A DNA stretch of 64,000 nucleotides from Octopus vulgaris. Lineage: Eukaryota. Positions 11,272 to 21,960 of the stretch are shown here, piece by piece. The notes under the pieces were generated by a model, which did not search any database, was not told the DNA's origin, and worked only from the letters and a program-made list of their open reading frames with translations. The position numbers were made by a program, and so were the translations under genes. The stretch is taken from positions 27,962,001-28,026,000 of the forward strand of contig OX597838.1 in the NCBI GenBank assembly GCA_951406725.2. Reading direction: 5' to 3'. Every line of letters starts with the position of its first letter. The first letter of the stretch is position 1.

Positions 11272-11572
11272 TATATTACGGAGATGTACTTGCATAGCAA
11301 GTGACTTGATCTGAGATCGTGTGCTAGAACGAAAACAATTGCAGCATGGAAGGTGTTTATAAGCCATTTAAGAAACACGAAAACCGTTAGATTCACTTCA
11401 ACATTTAAATTTAATTTGTCAAAATATTTTCGTCGCTTTGAGACCGCGACCGGTTCACCGACAAAACTTCGTGCAGCACGAAGCTTTGTCAGTGAACAGG
11501 TCGCGGTTTCAAAGTGACGAAAATATTTTGACACAAATTAAATTTAAATGTTGAAGTGAATCTAACGGTTTT
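11272..11572 (-). mobile_element. Penelope/retrozyme-like terminal repeat with an inverted duplication (palindrome 11380-11572)
   Basis: ~95-bp arms centred on cttcgtgc-a-gcacgaag (11475), each carrying a hammerhead-like fold. Inverted partial terminal repeats plus minimal hammerheads are typical of Penelope-like elements. Confidence 0.55.
11487..11533 (+). ncRNA. Candidate minimal type-I hammerhead ribozyme, G3:C8 core variant
   Basis: TGTCA [GTGAACA] G GTCGC-ggtttcaaa-GTGAC [GAAA] ATAT TT TGACA: stem I, 7-nt core, stem II, GAAA, palindromic mini stem III, NUH = UUU. Confidence 0.5.
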
Positions 11573-13176
11573 ATTATTTATAGTTATCGTTATACCAAGC
11601 AGACTCTACTATCAACTCGTGACCCTTTTTTTTTTTTATTCACATATAAGTTCAGCCATGGTTGTGTAGTAATAAGTTTGCTTCTCATCCACATGGTTCC
11701 CGGTTCAGTGTCACTGCATGATACCTTGAGTAAATGTCTCCTGTAATAGTCACAGGTTGACCAATGCCTTGTGAGGGAATTTGGTAGACAAACTAAATGT
11801 TTGTGTTGGTCACTTCACCACTGCTTGACAACTGATGTTGGTTTCTTTGCATCCCTGTAAATTACCAATTTGGCAAAAGAGACCGATTATAAGTAACAGG
11901 CTTAAAAGAAAAAAATGTACGAATGATTAAGAAGTTTGCTTGGCAACCACATAGTTTCAGGTTCAGTCCCACTGTGCAGCACCTTTGGTATCTCCTACTA
12001 ATTTCCTGAGTTTCCCAGAGACTTGTGAATAAATTTGGTAGGCAGAAACTGAAATGAAGCCTACCATGTGTATATGTATACTCCCTCCACACACAACAAG
12101 CTTCCCTGAAGTTTGTCTACTAATTCCATTCACCAAGCTTGCTGCTATAGTTGAAGGCGCTTGCCCAGGAAGCCATGCTGTGGGATTGAACTTGAAACCA
12201 CACGGTTGTGAAGTGAACTTCATGACATCACACCAATTGCTTGCTCCTGTAATAGTTGCCCTAAATAAGGGTGCTGGGCTGGGAGCAGAACGATTATCAC
12301 ACTGGAAAAAAAGCTTAGCGGTTTCTTCCAGTTTTGCATTTTGAGTTCAAATGTCGCAGGGGCCAACTTTGCCTTTCATCCTTTTTGGTGGTGGGGCAGG
12401 GTCGATAAAATAAGTACCAGTTAAGCACTGGGATCAATATAATTGTCTAGCCCCCTCACTCAAAATTGCTGGCTTTGTGCCAAAATGTGAACCAATATTT
12501 GTTCTAAATACTGCCATAAAAGATTATCTCTTGCTCCATGATTAATCACCTTATTTAACATGCTTAGGTCTGTTAATATTTTCTTAATACAGAGTATATT
12601 CTAACATATCAGCCGATAGATTTAATCGCATGTTCGATATGGCAAAACTAAAATGAAAAACGAAAATATTGTTCCAAAATATTGTACTTTTACTGAATGA
12701 ATTCATCTGACAACAGCTGTTGTTTGTTCAGGTCGACTTGATAGAGATGACATATAAGCAAAAGCAGGTCAGCTGTGACCACCTCCATTTTTTTTTTTAT
12801 AGATGCATCCAGGACCAGATTATGTAACAAACCCCTTTTCTAATTTAAATTAGCAGGGTGTGATTTGATAGAGATTTTGGTTGCTATTTTTAAGCAAGCT
12901 GGGTGGCCATATTTGGAGGCTTTGCTGTTGGTTTGTGGAAAGGTTAGGCAAAGGAGCATTGAAGAGTAAGTCCTGGAACCAATAAGTGATCCTGATCACC
13001 TTATCCCTGAACCGGACTCAGGTTTATTGCAAGGTTGTTCAAGGGGAAGGGACACATTGAATGCATTAAACCCAGTACTTGACTGCTACTTTATTTTATC
13101 AATTGTGAAGGGACGAAAGGCAAAGTTGACCTAGGCAGGATTTGAACTCAAAATGTTAAGAACTGGAAGAAATACC

Positions 13177-13392
13177 TATTTCTATTTCTTTACTACCCAC
13201 AAGGGGCTAAACACAGAGGAGACAGACAAAGGGATTAAGTCGATTACATCGACCCCCGTGCGTAACTGGTACTTAATTTATCGACCCCGAAAGGATAAAT
13301 TGGCCTCAGTGGAATTTGAAATCAGAACGTAACAGCAGACGAAATACGGCTACGCATTTTGTCCGGCGTGCTAAGGATTCTTCCAGCTTGCT
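13177..13392 (-). mobile_element. SINE family B, young-tail type
   Basis: Matches 28621-28853, including the tagccccttgtgggtagtaaagaaata tail. Confidence 0.8.
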
Positions 13393-13486
13393 TGTAATAA
13401 TAATTTTTTCTACTGTGGGCACAAGGCCTGAATTTTTGAGGGGTGGAGGCTTGTTGGTTACATCAATCCCCAGTGCTCAACTGGTA

Positions 13487-13678
13487 CTTAGCGGTATTTC
13501 GTCTGCATTACGTTGTGAGTTCAAATTCCGCCGAGGTCGACTTTGCCTTTCATCCTTTCGGGGTCGATAAATTAAGTACCAGTTAAGCACTGGGGTCGAT
13601 ATAATCGACTTAATACCTATGTCTGTCCATGTTTGTCCCCTCTATGTTTAGCCCCTTGTGGGTAATAAAGAAATAGGT
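13487..13678 (+). mobile_element. SINE family B, 5'-truncated, inverted relative to 13177-13392
   Basis: gagttcaaattccgccgaggtcgactttgcctttcatcctttcggggtcgataaattaagtacc...gccccttgtgggtaataaagaaatagg. Confidence 0.8.
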
Positions 13679-13965
13679 TACTATTGTTAGTATATCAAGC
13701 AGTGGAGCTAGCTGAGACAGTAAGAATGTTTTACATTTGGTGGGGGCTGGTTGATTACATTGATCCGAAGAGGATGAAAGGCAAGTTGATCTTGACAGAA
13801 TTTGAACTCAGAACATAAAGATGGACAAAATACTCAGTGGCATTTCATCTGGTATACTAATGATTCTGTCAGCTTACTACCGTAACAACAATAACAACAG
13901 TAGCAATAATAATAATGCTTCATTTGATTGATCAAATCATCAAGCAATAATTATTAATTGCCTTA

Positions 13966-14356
13966 CTGGCACTTGAGCCCCGTGCTAGTAGGGTGCTAAG
14001 AGAACCATCCGAGCGTAATCGTTGCCAGAGTGGCTAACCGGCTTCCATGCCGGTGGCATGTAAAAGGCACCATCCGAGCGTGATTGTTACCAGCATCACT
14101 TTACTGTCACCTGTGCTGGTGGCATGTGTAAAAAGATTTGAGCGAGGTTGTTGCCCGTAACCACGTGACTGGCCCCTGTGCCGGTGGCATGTAAAAGCAC
14201 CCACTACACTCTCGGAGTGGTTGGTGTTAGGAAGGGCATCCAGCTGTAGAAACTCTGCCAGATCAAGATTGAAGCCTGGTGCAGCCATCTGGTTCGCCAG
14301 CCCTCAGTCAAATCGTCCAACCCATGCTGGCATGGAAAGCAGACGTTAAACGATGA
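13966..14356 (+). mobile_element. RTE-LINE 3' UTR-derived repeat
   Basis: Tandem ggtggcatgtaaaa units, gagtggttggtgttaggaagggcatccagctgtagaaac core, and gacgttaaacgatga end. Confidence 0.8.
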
Positions 14357-14779
14357 ACAAGCAGTGAAGCTAGCTGAAACAGTAAGACTGCTTTACATTC
14401 AGTTTCATCCCACAGGGATTTGAGTTCAAATTGCAGCAACAGACTCACAGAGCTAAGCATTTTGTCCAATATGTTAACGATCCTGCCAGCTCGCTGCCTT
14501 GTTTTGAAAATAGCTATATCCAAATATATTTTGTTTCCCATACTTACCTTCCTGTTTTGTTGTAAGAATTCATTGTTTTCAATAGTTCAGCTGCTATTAT
14601 AATTGCTGCAAGCAGCTGTTGATTTGAAAAAGATAGCTAGGAGTGTATTTAAGCAGCTCTTCTGCTTCCATTAGTCTTTGTGTGTGTGTAGTTATGTGAT
14701 GGTGCATATCTGTTTCTTGGTATATTTCGTTTTGGGATTTGGTTTGCAAGATTCTTTATATGAGTTCGTGTGTTGAAGC

Positions 14780-15004
14780 ATATTCTGTTGTGTCTGAGGA
14801 GAGTCATTCTCTTTTAGTGCCTTATTATTTAACACACTCAAGACTATTGAAAAGGTCAAGACTATTGAAAAGGTTGCAAGATGCAATGAAAATTTTAGAA
14901 ATTAATAAAAATAAAAAAAAGAAATAAGTGGAAATTTTACCGGTGAGTGTGTTAAATAATAAGGGACTAAAAGAGAATGACTCTCCCCAGACACAACAGA
15001 ATAT
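14780..15004. repeat. Inverted repeat, 61-bp arms with 103-bp spacer
   Basis: 14780-14840 versus 14944-15004 with about 3 mismatches; an 18-bp direct duplication (caagactattgaaaaggt x2) lies at the inner edge. Confidence 0.85.
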
Positions 15005-15242
15005 TTCTTGGTATGTTTTAGTGAAAATATTTGGCCAATGAGGCACAAATGCACAGATTGTATGTGAGTATCTTGAAGCTACAGTTATGTCAAAATGATA
15101 CTTAAATTAGTGTTAGGGGTTTCTGTTGCTCAAGGCTGATCATGCCCTGACATACATATGTATGTAGAACTGGCTGTGTGATTGAGAAGCTTGCTTCCTA
15201 ACCATGTGGTCTCTGGTCCAATCCCACTGTGTGGCATCTTAA

Positions 15243-15463
15243 CCCTTTCGTTACCAACCCGGCTGAAACCGGCTCTGTCTCTGTAGTACAAATGTCTTGC
15301 TTTCAAAAGTTTTGAATTGAAATCTTCCACCAAACCTTAATCACAATTTATGTTCCTAACACTAGCTGAATGATAACTAAGTTATTTTACAAAATTCTTT
15401 GTTATATTTAAAGTAATTGAAAGAAACACAGAGCATCTCAACAGAAATACAGTAACGTAAGGG
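15243..15463. mobile_element. piggyBac-like MITE family 1, inserted in a SINE-A head
   Basis: TTAA TSD; CCCTTTCGTTAC...GTAACGTAAGGG TIRs. Confidence 0.88.
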
Positions 15464-15719
15464 TTAAGCAAATGTCTTCCATCATAGCCCCAGGCTGACC
15501 AAGCCTTGAGAATGGGGTTTGGTAGATGGAAACTGGAAGACGCCTGTCATGTGTGTGTGTGTGTGTGTGTATTGGTGTTAGGAAGGGCATCCAGCTGTAA
15601 GAACTGCCAAAACAGATACAAAAGTCTGGTGCAGGTTCCTGTCTGGCCAGCTTCTGTCAAACTGTCCAACCCAAACCAGCATGGAAGGTGGACATTAAAC
15701 GATGATATATATACATACA

Positions 15720-16258
15720 TGGTGGCTGCCCCCTCGTTATCGAGTATGGCCATTGCACGAAGCTTAATCAATGTTGCTATCGTGCAATGCCTGTGCAAGA
15801 AGATTTTTTTTAAGGTGAGTAAAGGCTGTGCACTGAGTCAATCCCACTCACTAAGCAACAGCAGCCATAATCCGAAAAGAAGACGAAGTCGACATCATCG
15901 GTAACCACTGAGCCGCAGGTTTTATTTTGGAGTTATCCCAGTTACCTGAGTTACCTTCTCCTAGAAGGATGTCCTAACAAAGGCTAGGAGTCCTTCACTC
16001 CCAATGGTTTAACCGCGCGATCGGGTATTCAGTCTGATTATTTCTATGTCCCTGCGCATGATACAGCCTTAAGACATTTATTGGATGGCCTTTGACTGTC
16101 AAGAGTTCCTCCGCCCTTTGACGGGTTTTGTTTTTCATCCTGCAGAGTGTCCAATAAACACCCTCCTCACCAAGCAAGCTTGGTGGGGTTGCCGGTTTAG
16201 TCGCCGATGACCCAACCATGCAACAAGTTGTACTGGGTTACATGTTACCAGTAGCACT
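15720..16258 (-). mobile_element. Probable non-autonomous RTE derivative (5' UTR-like sequence)
   Basis: GC-richer non-coding island; the minus strand carries ggcgactaa and ctaggagaaggtaactc motifs that I associate with RTE 5' UTRs (from memory, not searched). Confidence 0.4.
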
Positions 16259-16339
16259 CGAAAGTGACCTGACATAATATACATACATGCATACATACCA
16301 ATGTCAACATGGAATAAGTATATTAAATGATGATGATGT

Positions 16340-16584
16340 GTTTGCGTGTATCCTTGTCTTGACATCACATGATGGCTGAAAATGAGCATCACTATCATAC
16401 AAGCAGTGTTGTTTGTTTCCAAGCTTCTGTGGAAAACCTGTCTGGCCATGGGGAAATATTACCTTATATGGAAACAGGTGAGAGTTGATAACAAGAACAT
16501 CCATATGAAGAAAATCTGTCTCAACAAATTCTGCCTGACCCATGCAAGCATGGAATAGTTGATGTCAAATGATGATAGTGATGA
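16340..16584 (+). mobile_element. Old SINE-like repeat with RTE-type (GAT)n tail
   Basis: ggaaacaggtgag...agaaaatctgtctcaa...cccatgcaagcatggaa...atgatgat; related copy at 45420-45592 and a fragment at 25430-25495. Confidence 0.6.
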
Positions 16585-19137
16585 AGCCTGGTAGTTGTTC
16601 CTGCATGTGAGTCCTCCTCCTCCATGCCACAAATGTTACTAAACTAAACTAGTGTTAGGAATATAATTTAAAAAGGTTCTTGCATAAAATTATGATGATG
16701 GTAAGTTTAAATTATCAATATAAAAATACTTTAAAACAAGAGGTTTTATATCATAGGACCAAGAGGGATTTTAGACTGGCTGGTGTAAAAAAGGGGTCAA
16801 ATTCTAAGCCTTAGAGAATTAGCATGTCCACTAAATAAAGACTAGATCCCTATAATCTTGAACATGAACAGTTTTTTAAATTCAGTTGTTGGCCATGTAT
16901 AGGTCTCGTCATGTAGAACTGACCATGGTTAATCATAATGGTTGTCATCAGTGGTGACTCTGGCACATGGGCTGTTCGGGCTTAGCCTGTGTATAAATTT
17001 AATAAAGTGAACGTGTATTTGCAAGCTGGTTTAATTTCTGCCAACACTAACTTCAAGTGTGTAATTGCAGCCAATAACTCGGGCTCCTTTTATTGTGCCT
17101 GGTTGCAGTTCATTTATTTTCGTTCAGTGTCTGGTGGTCATCTTAGAGGTGCCCTGTGTCAAAATATATCATTTGTAGCAGACGTTCTCTTGACATTGTT
17201 CACACGTGTTGAATCGTGCTCAAAAGTTACAGTCTGAGTTATTTATAATTGTAAAAATTAAAAGCAATTCAAATTCAATGTTTTCTTGAAACAAATTTCT
17301 ATAGAGATTAGAATTTAAATTCCAGTCTATGAAAAGTTTCCGTTCTACAATATTCTTAAAAGGATGAATTTATCCAGCACCTCGGGCTAATACAAACGAG
17401 CCTGGTAGGTGTAAAAAAAACTAGCTGGCATCTCTTGTCAAGAGTACAGGCGACAGTCAGATCGCTGATGTTGTGCACTCTGCTGTCATTATTTGATTAC
17501 TGTTATTCTGTGTGTCTGTGTGTAAAGATCAGTTGTGTTTTGCAGGGTTGCTTTATTTTAACCCTTAACTTAGAAATGGAGAAAGACATAATGCTAGGAT
17601 ATAAAAAAATAAGCCATTTGGGGCTAGAAATATTGTGGAAAAACATGAAGTTCTTTGAGCAGGCACGAGTCTTACGCGAAATCTGTGATGAGCCCAAGTG
17701 ACGCTGATGACCTGGAGTTGCCTCTGATTGTCATCATTTAATCACTGGTATCATTGTCTTCATTGCTGTCATTAACATTATCATCACTATTGTCATCGTC
17801 ATTTATTGTCATATTGTGACAGGTTAGTGTCATTTCAATGGGTGAAATCGCATTGTGCAGAACCAGTTTTCTATTCAAGTAATAAGTTCAATGACATTAC
17901 AAACTCAGTGTTTCTTTTATTCAAATTTGTAAAGTGTTGCGTTTTGTTATTTAGCTTCAGTAGTAAACAGTTGAAGTTCTGAAAATACCCATTGACAAAA
18001 AAATAAAAGGCAGAAAAAGATATTGGCTCTTAGATAAACTATTTAAAAATACTCCAGATGAGTTCATTGTGTAACACTTACATAATGAGCAACAGCTAAT
18101 TAAGAAACATATGTAGTTTACATTTTACCCATTCCACACCCTTTATTTGGATTTTTATTTACATTTTTTGTAGCATTAGTTGCTAACAGTGAGCTTATCT
18201 ATATGTGTGTATCTGTGTGTTTATGTGTATCTCTCTCTCTGTATGTATATATATATATATATATATATATAACTATGTGTGTCTTTGTGTCTCTCTGTGT
18301 TTGTCCCCCACCACACACACATGAAATTTTAATAGGAAGTTTTAATTTAGATCAAAACCTAAAGTTTGTAACAAAGCAAGGGCAGTCTTGGGGGCAGTTT
18401 GGCCTCAAAAGGGTTTAAAATAATTTTACTCTTGTTTTGGGGGATATTTTCTGATACATTTTTTTCCCCTTGTATTTTAAATTGTTTCTTTGGAATTAAA
18501 GACAGGCTTTTGTTGCTCATGCTGAACTCAATTCTCATAGTGAGTGTGTAGTATGTTGACACCACCACCTCCACCACCCGACACAGTACCAATTAGCATG
18601 AAATTGGAACAGTTTATAAAATCAGACTCAGCAATTATGTGGCAAGTCAGATTATATTACAGCTTAGAAACTTACGTCAAAAGTAGGGAACTGACTGTAT
18701 GCATTTCCTGTGGCCTGGTTGCTTTGCTATGAAGTGGATTTAATTTTTTTTGTTTTATCTATCTAACAATACATTCACCAATTTTTTTCTGTTGTTGAAT
18801 ATTCTTGCTATTAATAACGATGAATAACACTAATTATTACTATTTATAATTCAGTATTTTAGTATTATTATTACTATAACTGTTGTTATCAAGATGGCAT
18901 GGTCACAGAATCATAAGTGCGCTGGGCAAAATACTTGGTATCATTTCTTCCAGCTCTTTATATTCTGAGTTCAAATACTACTGGGGTCAGTTTTACCTTT
19001 CATTCCTCCAGGGTTGATAAAATTCAGTGCCAACCAAGTACTGAGGTTGATGTAATTGAACACTCTCTCTTACAAAATTTCTGGCCTTGTGCCTCTATCA
19101 GAAATTATTGTTGTTATTATTATTATTATTATTATTC

Positions 19138-19570
19138 AAGGCCTCATCAACTTTTTCAAGTTTCACTTGAAAAGGAAGATGAGGTTAGAGAGGAGAGTGC
19201 TGTCTGATAGCAAGTTTTCTGAAAGGTGGGTGAATTGTGCAAGAATGGCCAGTATAAATGGACCAATTCTGAGGTCTGAGGTTTCGCCTGTAATTGAAAC
19301 AGGTATTATAAAAAGAGAAAGGGGTTCTCTACCCCACTTTTGACCAGGCTCCCGTGGCTTTTATGGGTTTTTCCACGCGAGACCTTTTCTTTTTTCGAAG
19401 CATCTCCTCTATTGGGAGTTTTTCGTTGTTAAAATTTTTTATTGTTAAACTGCTTTTCACTCGTTTTATTTTTTTCACAAATGGACAAAACCTTTTGTAA
19501 CCTTTTGTCCTGTTTTGTCCCTTTATGTTTTCCAATCATATTTGTCGGCCCTTGTGGCCAATAATAGAAT
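19138..19570 (+). mobile_element. 3' end of a Tx1/L1-like LINE (ORF2 C-terminus + 3' UTR) inserted in (ATT)n
   Basis: QGLINFFKFHLKRKMRLERRVLSDSKFSERW resembles Tx1-type ORF2 ends; T-rich UTR ending ggcccttgtggccaataatagaa; ATT repeats on both sides. Confidence 0.55.
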
Positions 19571-19585
19571 TAATTATTATTATTA

Positions 19586-19976
19586 TAGGGTGGCAAGCTT
19601 GCAGAATTGTTTGCGTACCTGGTGAAATGCTTAGTAGTATTTTGTCTGTCTTCATGTTGTGAGTTCCAATTCTGTACCAGTTTAGTGCTGGGGGTTGATA
19701 TAATCAGTTACCCCCTGTCCCCCCCAAATTTCAGGCTTTGTGCCTGTAGTAGGAAGGATTGTTAAGTCAGCAAGCTGGCAGAATCATTAGCACACTAGGC
19801 AAAATGCTTTGCAGTGTTCATCTGTCTTCACATTCTGAGTTCAAATTCCAGCGAGGTCGACTTTACCTTTCATCCTTTCAGGCTCAATTAAATAAGTACC
19901 TGTCACACACTGGGGTCAGTGTAATCGACCCAATCCCTTCCCCCAAATTTCAGCTCTTGTGCCTATAGTAGAAAGG

Positions 19977-20008
<32 letters not shown>
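19586..20008 (+). mobile_element. Two tandem old SINE-B copies with (ATT)n tail
   Basis: Two successive caagct(t/g)gcagaat...ttgtgcct(g/a)tagtag units. Confidence 0.7.
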
Positions 20009-20720
20009 CTCAAGAATGTAATGACATGAATAAAGTAGATTGGCATCCACCAGGCTACAATACAGAGCTTAAACTCAGGGCTTGCCATTTTTTGCTTTAT
20101 GATACTCATAAACACAGTATACGGTATTTTTTGTCCTACTAGTTTCAATCACTGAATCATGGCCATGCTGGGGCACCACCTTCTAGGATAGTGATGGGGG
20201 AAACCCTATGACAAGTGTGTTTGCAATGATACACGGCTAATTTTTTTGCAGGTGACACATGGACTGAAAAAAAAAAAGAAAAAGCATCTCCCTACAATGT
20301 CATGTTATAAAAAGCTTATCTGTAAGCATTTGTCTAAACAAACAGATATGTGTACATATCAATGGACACTCTGATAAGAGGATTATTAAAAGAAATTAAA
20401 ATTTCGATCCATCGGATTAATATGGTTTTGCCATCGTTGTTCTAGATTATATCTGATTACATTGATCTCTTCCATCTGTTATCACCTTAGTACTTTTATT
20501 GATTGGAATGTATTTTTTTCATTGATCTTGGAAGGATGAAAGGTAAAGTGAACGTGGGTGGGATTTGGTTTCAGGATGGCATGGAATGTAACCAAATACC
20601 ACATGGTATTTTACTTAATGCTCTGTTGATTCTGTCATTCACCTGCCATACAATAACAATAATCCTTTCTATTATAGGTACAAGGGCTGAGATTTTTGTG
20701 GGGAGGGGACTGGGCAATTG

Positions 20721-21960
20721 TTGGGTTGGCAACTAAGTTCCGGCCATTTTTTAAAATTAAAATTTTTTAAAAGGTTTAATAAAAAGTAACAACTAATTAA
20801 TCAATAATGTATTCACCCTTGTTGTTTACAACTTCTTCCCAACATTCAACAAGATTTTCAATACCTTGTTTGTAGAAATCACCCGATTTTGACTCGTAAA
20901 ATTGATCCAACCAAGCTCTCAATTCTGCATCAGTATTGAACGAAACTCCTCGCATAGCATTTGAAAGCGATCGAAAGAGTGGAAATCCATTGGTGCTAAA
21001 GCAGGAGAGTACGGCTGGTGTGGCAACACTTCCCAGCCATGCGTTTGAATGGCTTCCTTGGTCATACTGGCAATATGAGGGCGGGCTTTGTCGTGCACCA
21101 GCAGAACTCCATGCTACTGATTAGGTCTTTTCTCTTGAATAACCATGTTGAGTCATTCTATCTGTTGAACATAGAGTTCCATGTTGACCGTTTGGTTCCA
21201 TTTAAGCAATTTGTAATGGATAATCCCTTCCCAGTCCCACCATACGCACATCGTTTCACGCACGGTGTCACTTGTTTACTGGGGCTAATCCATTCCTCAT
21301 GATGCTTCATATTGATGTACAGGCACCATTTTTCATCGCGAGTAACAATTCAGTAAAGAAATCGTTGCTTGTGTCCATGAGTTGAATGGTGACGAGCAAG
21401 CAAACCAGCAGAGATTGTAGCTCGTTGATTTTTGTTATTGTCACTTAAAGCATGCAGAACCCATGCTCCATACTTCTGAACCTTTCCCATTGAGTGAAGA
21501 TGCTTCTCTATAGCAGTGTGGGAGCATTCTATTTTCTCTCCCACTTCCCTTGTTATTTGACGAGAATTTTTGTGAAAAAGTTGGTTTAATCGCTCTTCAT
21601 CGAACTCAACTGGACAGCGTCTTTGAGGTCAAAATTTCCATTTTTGAACTTGGCATACCAATCATGAGCAGTTCTTTCAGCTATGGCACCCTCTCTGTAC
21701 ACAGCACAAATGTTGCGAGCAGCTTCTGTGACCTTAGTACCTTGATTAAAAGCAAAAAGAAGGATGTCGAAAATGCTTGTTTTTCTTAACTTGATATTCC
21801 ATTTTAATGATCTGAAAATAAACAAAAATTAACTAAAAAAAAAGAATAGATTCTAAAATGATTCAAAAATAGAATTCTCAAAAAAAATAGACTCAAAAAT
21901 TAAAAAATGCAATAAATTCCAAAATTTAAAAAAATGGCGGGTACTTAGTTGCCAACCCAA
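20721..21960 (-). mobile_element. Degenerate mariner (mellifera-subfamily-like TIRs) inserted in a SINE-B copy
   Basis: TIR TTGGGTTGGCAACTAAGT at both ends; minus-strand fragments EAARNICAVYREGAIAERTAHDWYAKFKNGNFDLKD and HLHSMGKVQKYGAWVLHAL. Confidence 0.92.

Noticed and set aside
17203-17219. Possible ChoRE (Mondo autoregulation) at CACGTG sites 17203, 22612 and 31153
   Set aside because: None has a second E-box at the required 5-bp spacing.
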